The position numbers were made by a program, and so were the translations under genes. Source: a virus. Taken from it: 64,000 bases of DNA. Positions 40,728-49,570 of the stretch are shown here, piece by piece. The notes below the pieces were generated by a model. The model had not been told where the DNA came from, ran no database searches, and worked only from the letters and a program-made list of their open reading frames with translations. The first letter of the stretch is position 1, and each line of letters starts with the position of its first letter. Where the stretch lies: positions 1-64,000 of IMG/VR virus record IMGVR_UViG_3300024264_000011; one strand, given 5' to 3'.

Positions 40728-40922
40728 TCAGTCAAGGGTGAATGTTTTCTCAGAGATGACATTGAATTCATCGTCCATGGTCACATAATTCCATTCGTTG
40801 TCGTCCTCTCCCTCTTGGTAGAGGTGCAGAACACCCTCTGAATCGGTCTTGACGTAACAGTCATCAAAGTTCTCAGTGTCGAGAACGTAACCTGATGCGA
40901 TGAGTCCTTGAGTGAAATCCAT
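40728..40922 (-). CDS. Acidic hypothetical protein
   Basis: MDFTQGLIASGYVLDTENFDDCYVK...; start at 40922. Confidence 0.65.
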   Translation of the reverse strand: MDFTQGLIASGYVLDTENFDDCYVKTDSEGVLHLYQEGEDDNEWNYVTMDDEFNVISEKTFTLD

Positions 40923-40943
40923 GTGGTTTTTTGACTTGAAACT

Positions 40944-41001
40944 ACAATACACGATTTTGACCCCCATATGGGGGTCAGTGGACACCTTCTAGACTGTCAC
41001 A
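40944..41001 (-). promoter_or_regulatory. Early promoter + dyad, with a stem-loop over the -35 region
   Basis: -10 TATTGT at 40944-40949; palindrome tgacccccatatgggggtca; GTGGACA-N10-TGTCACA at 40978-41001. Confidence 0.72.
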
Positions 41002-41126
41002 GGACAAAGTGAATCAAATGCATCGCAAAGTTCATCGATCAAAATGTCATTTGGTTTCTTTGGAAAGTGAGAATCAACAATCTCATAGATTTTTTCAATC
41101 ATTTGATCCTTTTGAGTTTGTGTCAT
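40989..41126 (-). CDS. Hypothetical protein (45 aa)
   Basis: MTQTQKDQMIEKIYEIVDSHF...IDELCDAFD; stop lies inside the dyad. Confidence 0.55.
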   Translation of the reverse strand: MTQTQKDQMIEKIYEIVDSHFPKKPNDILIDELCDAFDSLCPVTV

Positions 41127-41153
41127 TTTGGTCCAAATCTTGACTACCAACTA

Positions 41154-41211
41154 ACAATACAGGATCTAGATCTAAAATCAAGTGATAATGGACAGTTCAT
41201 GAATTGGTTGC
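41154..41211 (-). promoter_or_regulatory. Early promoter + degenerate dyad
   Basis: -10 TATTGT at 41154-41159, TTGAtt -35, ATGGACA at 41188-41194. Confidence 0.6.
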
Positions 41212-41403
41212 AGGCCCACTGTCAATCTTCTGACTGTCACATAACTTCTTTACATTTTTGTATTCACAGTTGTATACTACTAGACGAGTTTGTTGTTGTT
41301 TAGGAAACTCATCACCTAAAAGTATACTTAATGACCATTCACAAATGAATATAACCTTTCCTGTATTGTTCTTGTAGTTTACTAGATCTCCAATTTTAAA
41401 CAT
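41197..41403 (-). CDS. Hypothetical protein (KOW/SH3-like)
   Basis: MFKIGDLVNYKNNTGKVIFIC. Confidence 0.6.
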   Translation of the reverse strand: MFKIGDLVNYKNNTGKVIFICEWSLSILLGDEFPKQQQTRLVVYNCEYKNVKKLCDSQKIDSGPATNS

Positions 41404-41647
41404 TATTGATCCTCTTATTATAGTGATTACGAATTATTTCCATTAATGATTGCTGTAACTTAGGATCAGATGTTTCATTATATGCTTGTATATACAATGC
41501 CATTGCATCATCTGGCCGTGGTATTGTCATACCTTTCTTTGACAAACTATACTTACTAAGTTCATATGTGCCTGGGCGTGTCTTTATCTTTTGTCTTCCA
41601 AAGTTGCCAGTGACAGCACCTTTCATCCTGGGCATCTTTGAAGCCAT
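41396..41647 (-). CDS. Basic hypothetical protein
   Basis: 83-aa ORF behind a consensus promoter. Confidence 0.65.
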   Translation of the reverse strand: MASKMPRMKGAVTGNFGRQKIKTRPGTYELSKYSLSKKGMTIPRPDDAMALYIQAYNETSDPKLQQSLMEIIRNHYNKRINNV

Positions 41648-41676
41648 AGAGCATCCTTTGAACGTCTGACAGAGCT

Positions 41677-41705
41677 ATTATACAGAGTTTCTGTCATGCT
41701 GTCAA
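41677..41705 (-). promoter_or_regulatory. Consensus sigma70 promoter
   Basis: TTGACA-17-TATAAT exact. Confidence 0.85.
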
Positions 41706-41710
41706 GGGGT

Positions 41711-42174
41711 TGTGGAAAAGTAGTTTTCCACACGTACATATTACATATGATAATAATTTCACATGTCATGTATATGCATATATCATATGTTAATAATTTA
41801 GTAAACTATCCAAGTATACTCAGAAGACCTTAGAGGGGTCTTAGAGGTCCTTCTAGGGGTCTCTGAGAGCACATATACACACATATCATATGTTAATAAT
41901 ATGCATACATATGATAATAATTTAAATCTCTGAGTTTTCCACAGGGCCTCGGAGGTTTTCTGAGCTTGGCGACCTTGACATTTTCATAGATTGCGGGTAA
42001 AGGTAACAACAACTCAGAGGATTACCAGAGGTTTATCATAGATTACCACACACATATGATAATAATCCCCTCTTACATACACATATGATAATAATTACAA
42101 AACTCTCAGCCACATTTAATTAACCATTCTTTTTCCACAGGTTTTTCCACAATTTATGCGGAACTTGTGGATAA
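41711..42174. other. Origin-like non-coding element: 6 DnaA boxes + 6 iteron-like repeats
   Basis: TT(T/A)TCCACA at 41711(-), 41724, 41935, 42131, 42143, 42166(-); CATATG(A/T)TAATAAT at 41744, 41784, 41887, 41908, 42053, 42082; longest ORF-free stretch in the window. Confidence 0.7.
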
Positions 42175-42177
42175 AGG

Positions 42178-42753
42178 TCAAGCATACCATCCAACTAATG
42201 TTATTCTCTGACCTTTCTTCAATGGTTTGACTCTATGTGGCACAGTCGATGGGAACACAATGAAATCACCATAGTTAAACTTATGAGTAAAGATTGAATC
42301 ATCTTGTTGTATTTGAAACTCTCCACCTACATAATCTTTCTTATGAGATAGACAATACACAATACTGATTCTTCTTATACCCATGTTATGTTTTTCATTT
42401 AGAGCAGTACACTCTGGGTAGTAATCTTTATGCCAACCATAGTGATGTCCTTTATCAGTATATCTTGTATATTGAATATGACTTTCCCATTTGTTATCTA
42501 ATGGCAGTTTCCATTGTTGATCATTACAATGGCGAATGATGTTAGCGAATCCTTCATTGATGAAATTAACTGAATCTGTTGGAATCCAGTTTGTATGACA
42601 CTTTCGGAGTTTACCATTGACACCATCAAGTAACGAACCTTCACCTGGTTGTTCATCTTTGAAACAGAGATTACATGTGTCTTGTACTTCATCAGTTGCT
42701 TTATCATTACCTAAGTTACCAATAATGAATTCAGGTCGGATGAGTTGTTTCAT
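42178..42753 (-). CDS. 2OG-Fe(II) oxygenase
   Basis: YGWHKD...RRISIV...YVGGEF...FPSTVPHRVKPLKKGQRITLVGW (HxD...H, R). Confidence 0.88.
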   Translation of the reverse strand: MKQLIRPEFIIGNLGNDKATDEVQDTCNLCFKDEQPGEGSLLDGVNGKLRKCHTNWIPTDSVNFINEGFANIIRHCNDQQWKLPLDNKWESHIQYTRYTDKGHHYGWHKDYYPECTALNEKHNMGIRRISIVYCLSHKKDYVGGEFQIQQDDSIFTHKFNYGDFIVFPSTVPHRVKPLKKGQRITLVGWYA

Positions 42754-43121
42754 TGTCTCCATTTAGGTTGTTTGTCCCATGATTGTTCAATCAGTTGTGA
42801 TACCAATTGATCACGCAAGTTGTTGATCTTATCTTCAGTGAATTGAGCGAAGTTATCTCTCTTGTCCACTTTCTTGTAATAATGCAAAGCATTCAGTATT
42901 ATTGTTTGTTCAGTCATTGTAAGTTGGTACTGATGTGTTTCATGAATCAAGAAACAATCAATTGGAAATAATCCTTCCTTATTCTTAACCTTAACTTTCT
43001 TTTCTTGAATGTTCTCAAGTGTGTAAGTATAACCAAGAATCAACGTCGATCGATTTGGTGCTGGTCCTGGTTGTTTAATGAGTTCAATACGATCGCCTGG
43101 TTTCATTTCTTTACGGGCCAA
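42750..43121 (-). CDS. Hypothetical protein
   Basis: 123-aa ORF (start may be ATG at 43106); ATGA coupled to the oxygenase. Confidence 0.55.
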   Translation of the reverse strand: MARKEMKPGDRIELIKQPGPAPNRSTLILGYTYTLENIQEKKVKVKNKEGLFPIDCFLIHETHQYQLTMTEQTIILNALHYYKKVDKRDNFAQFTEDKINNLRDQLVSQLIEQSWDKQPKWRQ

Positions 43122-43172
43122 CTAAATTCTAATGTGATTGTAAGTAGAATAATGAAGAAAAATATAAAAACA

Positions 43173-43436
43173 CTAGACATGTTCTTGTAACTTATACTCT
43201 TTCTTATCTAGTTGATATCGACGAATATACTTTTCTGCATGTTCATAACATTGAAAATGACATACTTTATTCTCTTTACGATCCTCTAATCTCCATGGAA
43301 ATGTAGAATACGGAAACAACTTAGTATCCTTTGATTTTGTCCATTTGATCTCCGTCTCTTTGACTTTACGTTTCCGTGTTGTCTTTTCTGTGAGTTTGGC
43401 AATATTACGTGCAAGAGCATTTTGTGTCTTAGACAT
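43173..43436 (-). CDS. Conserved cyanophage hypothetical protein
   Basis: LFPYSTFPWRLEDRKENKVCHFQCYEHAEKYIRRY. Confidence 0.7.
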   Translation of the reverse strand: MSKTQNALARNIAKLTEKTTRKRKVKETEIKWTKSKDTKLFPYSTFPWRLEDRKENKVCHFQCYEHAEKYIRRYQLDKKEYKLQEHV

Positions 43437-44043
43437 AAGGACCTTCCTTGATTGCATTCTTATCAAAGACATACTCATCATACATTACATAATCATCCTT
43501 ATCATAATCACATTGGAATACTGGATCTTGTTTAAACTCTTCCATCTCCTTGTAGAACTCATCTAGATCATCATACAATCCTTGATAGTATGAATCAAAG
43601 TGAACTAATTGATCAACTGGGAAGTGTTGAAGAAATACATTCACTGCATCATTAGAATATGTTGATGAATACCCTTGATAGTCATCATAATACTTTTGAA
43701 ACTGATCTAATGGTAGATTTTCTGTTGCTGCATCAAAGATATCATCAATGATCCAATTATGATTCTCTTTAAACGTTTGTAGATCAGTTAGATATATGAG
43801 AAGATCAGTTTCTTGTTTATCACATGATGCTTCTTCAGCAACTTCTTCAAACTTATTCTCTCCAACATCAGAAATAATACTATTCACAATCTCATGAAAG
43901 ATACTGATCTTTTCATATTCTTCAGTGAGATGTTCAAATAGAATTTCATTCTTTTCTGCATCAGACATATGTTCTAATCTATACCATGTTGCAGCGGAGA
44001 TGAGATCATACTCCTTAGAATCAATTTCAGAAAATACAGTCAT
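43429..44043 (-). CDS. Acidic ArdA-like antirestriction/DNA-mimic candidate
   Basis: Very D/E-rich; C-terminal FDSYYQGLYDDLDEFYKE...DY...YVF resembles the ArdA C-terminus. Confidence 0.55.
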   Translation of the reverse strand: MTVFSEIDSKEYDLISAATWYRLEHMSDAEKNEILFEHLTEEYEKISIFHEIVNSIISDVGENKFEEVAEEASCDKQETDLLIYLTDLQTFKENHNWIIDDIFDAATENLPLDQFQKYYDDYQGYSSTYSNDAVNVFLQHFPVDQLVHFDSYYQGLYDDLDEFYKEMEEFKQDPVFQCDYDKDDYVMYDEYVFDKNAIKEGPYV

Positions 44044-44342
44044 GAGTTCTCCCAATAAGGATTAAATACATACTTACCACAAATAAAGTAATCACATTCA
44101 AGTTCTTCTAGATTCACATCATTAATCTCATCAATGATTGCAAGATCAAAACAGTTGGCAAGATCACCAAATGCAGCATCATATGAATCTTCCGCACATA
44201 TGGTTTTCATATGATCTAAGAATTCATCAATTGTATTCTCATCATATGAATCAACATACCGTTCATACAAATCAAAATAGTAATCAGTCTCAAATGAACA
44301 TTCTCCATACAAAGAACGATAATGATCTAAAAGTTCAGTCAT
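44040..44342 (-). CDS. Acidic protein, divergent paralog of the adjacent ArdA-like gene
   Basis: About 26 D/E vs 4 K/R in 100 aa; YYFDLYERYVDSYDENTIDEFL...DY...YVF. Confidence 0.5.
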   Translation of the reverse strand: MTELLDHYRSLYGECSFETDYYFDLYERYVDSYDENTIDEFLDHMKTICAEDSYDAAFGDLANCFDLAIIDEINDVNLEELECDYFICGKYVFNPYWENS

Positions 44343-44539
44343 CAGTGAGTTACCTTGAAACAAACAGAATTGAATTTACCTGTGATACCTTCTAATGATA
44401 CCTTTGTGTGTTGTCGATGAACTTCTACATCAGTGAGAATGTATACTTCATTCAGTATACATGGTGGCCAATCATTGTTACCCCACTGTTGTTGTTCCTT
44501 GGTACAACCTATAAACTGTACACGATCACCTGGGTTCAT
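44342..44539 (-). CDS. Conserved hypothetical protein
   Basis: GDRVQFIGCTKEQQQWGNND...EVHRQHTKVSL..GKFNSVCF. Confidence 0.7.
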   Translation of the reverse strand: MNPGDRVQFIGCTKEQQQWGNNDWPPCILNEVYILTDVEVHRQHTKVSLEGITGKFNSVCFKVTH

Positions 44540-44717
44540 TTCGATATTCCTCTAATATATCTACGTCGTTTCCATACAGTCCCATGTTCATGTAAACACA
44601 ATCAAGAAATCTTAAATCATCAATCGATGCACCTAATGTAAACTCATCACAATAACGAATGATTGCTGGTGGAACTGGAATTTCTTGGTAATTCATTTCA
44701 ATAAAAAATGGAATCAT
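44526..44717 (-). CDS. Hypothetical protein
   Basis: EIPVPPAIIRYCDEFT...LRFLDCVYMNMGLYGND. Confidence 0.65.
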   Translation of the reverse strand: MIPFFIEMNYQEIPVPPAIIRYCDEFTLGASIDDLRFLDCVYMNMGLYGNDVDILEEYRNEPR

Positions 44718-44872
44718 TTCCCTCCTGTGTCATAGTTGAGTTTGTCATCATCTGATTTTAGATTTGCAATTTTAACTCGATTGTGCAATTGATTTAATGC
44801 TGCAATCACTTCTGGAGTTTCTTCCCATTCCCAAGTTTCTCCACCTTTCTTAGTAAATTCTTTCTTTGTCAT
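44714..44872 (-). CDS. Small hypothetical protein, paralog of 51819-51962
   Basis: MTKKEFTKKGGETWEWEETPEV...DTGGK. Confidence 0.65.
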   Translation of the reverse strand: MTKKEFTKKGGETWEWEETPEVIAALNQLHNRVKIANLKSDDDKLNYDTGGK

Positions 44873-45043
44873 TTGCGACTCTCCTGTAGTATTTGATTGA
44901 CTTGAGTTTTTTCCTCGAAAGTCATAGCCTTCCAAAGACTATCTATCTTATCATACAATGGTTGTTTATGTCGAGTGTCTGTCCAGAGTGTAAACCAGAT
45001 GTCCAAATACTCTTCCACCAATGATACTTTGAGTTTTTCTTGC
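44869..45043 (-). CDS. Small hypothetical protein
   Basis: MQEKLKVSLVEEYLDIWF...LWKAMTFEEK; ATGA overlap. Confidence 0.55.
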
Positions 45044-45130
45044 ATTTCTAGAGGTGAGCAGGGTGCAATGGGTCGGAAAGAGGGAAAATATGGAAAAAAC
45101 ACGTCTTCCCTCTAGTGGTGGACTGGGTTC

Positions 45131-46537
45131 TCAGTACGTCCCGATCCAAGACCGACCCCGTACCACCGATGAACAGTATTGTTTGGTGAATACTTCTGTT
45201 GCACATTTCCACGTAGAAGTATTGGGCAAATAAACATCAAAAGAGTTATTTGCAACCAACTGATTAATTAATGTAGGGTTATCTTTGATAGACCTTGCAT
45301 AATCAGTAAGATCATAATCATCAAGTTCAACACCAGGATTTAAACGCACAAGACGACCAAGTTGTTGAAGAAAACTGATGATGATTTCTTCACCACTAGA
45401 ATCACGTTTGATATTACTGCGGAATGACATATAAGATGACAAGTTCTTGATATCCATTCCACATTTACCTTTCTCAACTGTCAGTAGAAATGTCAGTGGA
45501 TGTTCTGGATCACGAAGATTTTCTTTGATTTCATCGTCACCATCATCACACACAATACGAGATCCATTGATAGAATACATTGCTTTTTCTTCAGCTGACA
45601 TAATTGCAAGAATAGGTTCATCACGATCAAACCAAGGATTCTGTTCCAGATAGTCTAGAATTTGTTTTTTTGTATATTCAATAGTCCAGGGATTTGCATT
45701 TTTACTGTCAATATTTGGAGCACACTGAATCATCATAGTTTGTTTTTTGTTTGCAAGTCCACGACGATTAGTGAATTTTGACAGTGCATTTTGCAGTGCA
45801 AAAACTGCATCTGACATGTCAAATAACTCACAATTATCTAACCATGCACTCCTACCAATCAAGAGTTCCTTTGGACAAAATTGATTTACAATACAGAACT
45901 CCATACCAGGAGCTGGGTTAATCTTATTCAGATGTTCTGCATTGGGTGTTGCAGTGATACCAAAAATCTTTGATGTAATTTTAGATACATTCATACACCA
46001 CTTAAACAAGACTGCATTATAGTCCGATGGAGTGTTACCAGTTACATTCTTGTAATTCTCAAAACAGGAAACAGTCCACAAATGTGCTTCGTCAATGATC
46101 ACTGCACAATCTGTATTGGTTTTAACCAACCATTCACCAAACTCTTTTCCTGCAGTTCCACCAGACAGAGAAGCATGATTAATTGTCAAAAGAACTGGAA
46201 TACCTTTGTTGATTTCTTTTTTTACTTTTGCAAACAAACGTTTGTTGTTTTTATGTCCACGAGTGCTTTCAAATTTTGCACCACACTCGAATGCAATATC
46301 TTCAAACAGATCATCCTCACGAACAGAATCTTCTGGTACTGAGTATATGGTTAACTTAGTTTTTTTGTTACGAATAAGTTCAGGAATCCAATCATATACA
46401 CAAGAGTGAGTTTTACCCTGACCAGTCACACCAGTGAAGATGTGCATTTTATTCCTGAGAGTATCAAAATTATTACGATCTACTAGTTCCATGAAAGGAT
46501 TAACTAGGTAGTCAATGCGTGGATCAGTCATGGACAT
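45131..46537 (-). CDS. Divergent superfamily-2 (ResIII-like) helicase/ATPase
   Basis: Walker A TGVTGQGKT, IIDEAH, TATP, motif VI QQLGRLVR. Confidence 0.8.
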   Translation of the reverse strand: MSMTDPRIDYLVNPFMELVDRNNFDTLRNKMHIFTGVTGQGKTHSCVYDWIPELIRNKKTKLTIYSVPEDSVREDDLFEDIAFECGAKFESTRGHKNNKRLFAKVKKEINKGIPVLLTINHASLSGGTAGKEFGEWLVKTNTDCAVIIDEAHLWTVSCFENYKNVTGNTPSDYNAVLFKWCMNVSKITSKIFGITATPNAEHLNKINPAPGMEFCIVNQFCPKELLIGRSAWLDNCELFDMSDAVFALQNALSKFTNRRGLANKKQTMMIQCAPNIDSKNANPWTIEYTKKQILDYLEQNPWFDRDEPILAIMSAEEKAMYSINGSRIVCDDGDDEIKENLRDPEHPLTFLLTVEKGKCGMDIKNLSSYMSFRSNIKRDSSGEEIIISFLQQLGRLVRLNPGVELDDYDLTDYARSIKDNPTLINQLVANNSFDVYLPNTSTWKCATEVFTKQYCSSVVRGRSWIGTY

Positions 46538-46555
46538 TTGATTGATTACTTGGCT

Positions 46556-46614
46556 AATATACAGGTTATGGGGTCGGAAGTCAAGGGGTTGTGACCAGTT
46601 CGTAAACTGGACTA
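46556..46614 (-). promoter_or_regulatory. Early promoter + degenerate dyad
   Basis: TTGACT-17-TATATT; GTGACCA-N10-TGGACTA at 46591-46614. Confidence 0.7.
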
Positions 46615-47850
46615 AGCAAATACCTCAACCGACTTACCTTCCTTAAAAATAGAGTCAACAACATACTGGAGACGTTTTGCAACAGCACCACCATGATTCT
46701 TATGAACTGGGACAGTCACAAACCCAGTAGATTTGCGATAGAGTTGACACTGACCTGCAGGAATCTTACCGGATTGAATATCTTTGATATCGTCAATATG
46801 CAGACGGATAACACGACCGATAGTCTGTGCCATCTCAATCAATGGAAGATTACGCAGCAAAATGCAGTGAGTCAAACCAGGTACGTTGATACCCTCAGAC
46901 AGAATGGAATAGTGAAACAACAGGAATTTCTTGTTGTCATCTTTACCATAACGAGTCAGAGTGTCAAAGAATACCTCACGACTCACTTTTGTTTTGTTGA
47001 CATATGCACCGTGTTTAGAGGTGATATGCATGATCTCAAAACCACGTTCTGTGAGTTGTTGAATCACATCAGATTGTGTCAACATGTTCCACAGAACGCG
47101 AGTCGATGGTGCAGCAACTAATACTTTGGATGCATTAGTTTCATCAAGTGTGTCAAGAATACTCAGGACAGTTTCACTATCAACCTGTGCAGCAGTATCC
47201 TTCTGACGTACAATGTCAGTCTCGTGAGTATGAATAGTGGGAGGAATGATCGAACCAGACTCAATCAGTTCTTGTGCAGGTACTTTTTCAATCACATCTC
47301 CGTACACAAAAGTATTATTCATACCGTTTGCATGTGGGTCGCGATTGTTACGCGGAGTCGCAGTGAAGTAATACGAACGACGCGCAATCATGGACGCAGA
47401 TGCAACAGACTTGAAGAAATCTCTGCGGGTAGAGTTATGTGCTTCATCACAATACATCACGTCAATGTCAATACCTGCACTCACAACCTTGTTCAAAGAG
47501 TTGTAAGTAGTGAAGATGATGCAGGACTCAGATGCAGCACGCGCAACGTTGTTGAACATTGCGATCTTGTCAGATTTGGTGGAAGAGAAATACTCAGTCT
47601 CACCACTGTGAACATGACAAACATGCACCCATGTGCGAGAGATTTGTTCCATGAACTCACTGCAAAGTTGGTTTGCAAGGAGAATACGTGGAGAAACAAC
47701 TACGATGGTCTTAGGACCACTCTTAAGAGCGTTGATTGCATCAACAATCATGCACAGAGTCTTACCACCACCAGTAGGAACAAAGATGCGACCTTTGTTG
47801 AATTCCTGCATCTTGTTAGTGATGCGGGTTTGGTGGGAACGAAGAATCAT
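46612..47850 (-). CDS. DEAD/DEAH-like (type III restriction Res-subunit family) helicase
   Basis: VPTGGGKT, YCDEAH, FTATP, ILSEGINVPGL, QTIGRVIR. Confidence 0.9.
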   Translation of the reverse strand: MILRSHQTRITNKMQEFNKGRIFVPTGGGKTLCMIVDAINALKSGPKTIVVVSPRILLANQLCSEFMEQISRTWVHVCHVHSGETEYFSSTKSDKIAMFNNVARAASESCIIFTTYNSLNKVVSAGIDIDVMYCDEAHNSTRRDFFKSVASASMIARRSYYFTATPRNNRDPHANGMNNTFVYGDVIEKVPAQELIESGSIIPPTIHTHETDIVRQKDTAAQVDSETVLSILDTLDETNASKVLVAAPSTRVLWNMLTQSDVIQQLTERGFEIMHITSKHGAYVNKTKVSREVFFDTLTRYGKDDNKKFLLFHYSILSEGINVPGLTHCILLRNLPLIEMAQTIGRVIRLHIDDIKDIQSGKIPAGQCQLYRKSTGFVTVPVHKNHGGAVAKRLQYVVDSIFKEGKSVEVFA

Positions 47851-47873
47851 GCAGTACGTCTCTCAATGTGGCT

Positions 47874-47902
47874 AATATACGCGAAAACCCCCTTGGGGTC
47901 AA
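47874..47902 (-). promoter_or_regulatory. Early sigma70-type promoter
   Basis: TTGACC-17-TATATT with the shared tagccacat leader. Confidence 0.72.
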
Positions 47903-47927
47903 GGGGGCGAACGATCAGTCTCTCTTA

Positions 47928-48170
47928 TCAGTCTACTTGTTCTGTATTAGATATTCTTTCCAACCACAAAAAGGCATAGTCGTCTCCTTCTTTTGCTGTT
48001 CCCCATTCTTTATACTCTTGCACCAAAGCGTATATGTCTCTCCACTTATTTTGTCTTTCTAGTTTGCACATCCGTTCTTCAACTATTTCTAGTTGAGTGT
48101 CAATGATTTCCTCTGCATTTGTATCAATGTCTTCAAACAGGATGAAGAACTTACTCAGTTGGTCACTCAT
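47928..48170 (-). CDS. Hypothetical protein
   Basis: 80-aa ORF, ATGA coupled. Confidence 0.65.
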   Translation of the reverse strand: MSDQLSKFFILFEDIDTNAEEIIDTQLEIVEERMCKLERQNKWRDIYALVQEYKEWGTAKEGDDYAFLWLERISNTEQVD

Positions 48171-48487
48171 TTTAGTTTCTTGAAGAATTTATAAGCACAG
48201 TATACTGCGCCGCCTACCAGAAGGAAAGGCCAGAAAGTTACAACCAGTAAAATTGTACCTCCTAGGACAATCCAGAAGAAAGTTACATCACTTGTGTTGT
48301 TTGAAACAAAGTTTACAGCGTTAGAAGCACCAGATCGGAATGAATCACTCACAGATCTGGTAGAAAGAACTTTGCCAGCATATTGTGCTGAACCTTGTTC
48401 ACGTGCTTCTTTGTGAGTGATACAATCATCTACAGGTTTCCAACTAAGTCTACCTGAAGGTGTCCTAACTAATACTTCAAATGCCAT
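48167..48487 (-). CDS. Membrane protein (C-terminal TM)
   Basis: FFWIVLGGTILLVVTFWPFLLVGGAVYCAYKFFKK. Confidence 0.65.
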   Translation of the reverse strand: MAFEVLVRTPSGRLSWKPVDDCITHKEAREQGSAQYAGKVLSTRSVSDSFRSGASNAVNFVSNNTSDVTFFWIVLGGTILLVVTFWPFLLVGGAVYCAYKFFKKLK

Positions 48488-48735
48488 TAAAGTGTGCCTG
48501 CGTTGTTGATGAACTCTTTAGCGTCACTTACAGTATTGAAATTCCCAACAAACTGATACTCAGGTCCGCTGTCTGTTTCAATAACTTTTTTGATCGAGAA
48601 ACCACCGTTCTCTTTATCTTCGTAGATAGCACCGATGATTTCACCATTGTTGTAGACGACCTCATTGTAAAGAACAAACTTGAGATTGCGGTGGTATTTA
48701 ATACCAGTAGTGTCTTCGATGTGCATCATAATCAA
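48487..48735 (-). CDS. Hypothetical protein
   Basis: 82-aa ORF coupled at both ends. Confidence 0.65.
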   Translation of the reverse strand: MIMMHIEDTTGIKYHRNLKFVLYNEVVYNNGEIIGAIYEDKENGGFSIKKVIETDSGPEYQFVGNFNTVSDAKEFINNAGTL

Positions 48736-49013
48736 ACGAATTGAAGATCGGGAACGTTAGTTACAGAGAAGTTATTGAGTTGTTTAGGATTCTGTCCCAC
48801 GGATACGTTAGGGGGCAAGATGCTGAATTGATCATACAGAACCCAGTCATCTTCATGTTCTGCAATAACAGCAAAACCGAAAACTCCTGCGGTTGGCAAC
48901 ATGTAAAGACCATGTTTTTCTGCCTGTTTGAGTGATGCAAACCCACGAGCAGTGATGGTCCAGGTGATACCTGACTGATCACCACCGAAGTAAGCGCAGA
49001 TGAAGTCGGTCAT
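48732..49013 (-). CDS. Conserved early hypothetical protein
   Basis: MTDFICAYFGG...ARGFASLKQAEKHGLYMLPTAGVFGFAVI. Confidence 0.65.
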   Translation of the reverse strand: MTDFICAYFGGDQSGITWTITARGFASLKQAEKHGLYMLPTAGVFGFAVIAEHEDDWVLYDQFSILPPNVSVGQNPKQLNNFSVTNVPDLQFV

Positions 49014-49035
49014 TCGTGTTCCTCTCAACATGGCT

Positions 49036-49093
49036 AATATACACCAGATCAGGGTCTGATGGGGAGATGGTGGACACTTCCCTGACTGTCACC
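49036..49093 (-). promoter_or_regulatory. Early promoter + dyad
   Basis: -10 TATATT at 49036-49041; GTGGACA-N10-TGTCACC at 49070-49093. Confidence 0.72.
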
Positions 49094-49256
49094 AGATCTC
49101 AGTCCATCGTTTGTGGTTTGATTTGCTGATTCTACCTTGATTAAGCATGTTATCACACACTCTCACGAACACTTGAAACTTTTCCTCGCGAGTGAGAGTA
49201 TCTGCACCGTCACATTTTGACATGACGTTGATCATTTGTGTTTTGGAAGTAATCAT
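49089..49256 (-). CDS. Conserved small cyanophage protein (55 aa)
   Basis: MITSKTQMINVMSKCDGADTLTREEKFQVFVRVCDNMLNQGRISKSNHKRWTEIW; stop lies inside the dyad. Confidence 0.7.
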   Translation of the reverse strand: MITSKTQMINVMSKCDGADTLTREEKFQVFVRVCDNMLNQGRISKSNHKRWTEIW

Positions 49257-49283
49257 CAGTCGAGAACAGAAATTAGCTAATAA

Positions 49284-49436
49284 TTAACCTCCAAACATGT
49301 CGTCGAATAGTTGTTGTCCAGAACGCTCATCATTTTCGTATTTCTTTGCATATTGCGCCATGCGTTCTAGTGCTTCATCGCGAGAGATTGACTCGGGGAA
49401 GAAATACTCACGGCCTGATGGAGTTGTGTAGCGCAT
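49284..49436 (-). CDS. Small hypothetical protein (50 aa)
   Basis: MRYTTPSGREYFFPESISRDEAL...LFDDMFGG. Confidence 0.65.
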   Translation of the reverse strand: MRYTTPSGREYFFPESISRDEALERMAQYAKKYENDERSGQQLFDDMFGG

Positions 49437-49463
49437 TGGGTTTGTTCCCTTGAGTACCTTGTA

Positions 49464-49523
49464 ATTATAAACCCTCCGACAACTCGCCGAGGGCCTCCTG
49501 TAGACAGTTCTGCAAGTGGTTGT
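49464..49523 (-). promoter_or_regulatory. Early promoter + degenerate dyad
   Basis: -10 TATAAT at 49464-49469; GTAGACA at 49500-49506. Confidence 0.6.
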
Positions 49524-49570
49524 AGAGACCACTGTCGTCAACGTCGTGATGGGCAGCAAGGTTTCTGGTG

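Noticed and set aside
41975-42004. Plus-strand TTGACA inside the origin-like element as an R-loop promoter
   Set aside because: The matching -10 (TAAAGG) is poor, so it cannot be supported without TSS data.
41744-42095. CATATG(A/T)TAATAAT repeats as a CRISPR array
   Set aside because: The repeats are only 14 bp, spacing is irregular (7 to ~130 nt), and no cas genes are present.
45044-45131. Intergenic hairpin (agaggg...ccctct) downstream of the 468-aa helicase as an ncRNA or terminator
   Set aside because: Long irregular loop, no U-tract, single copy.
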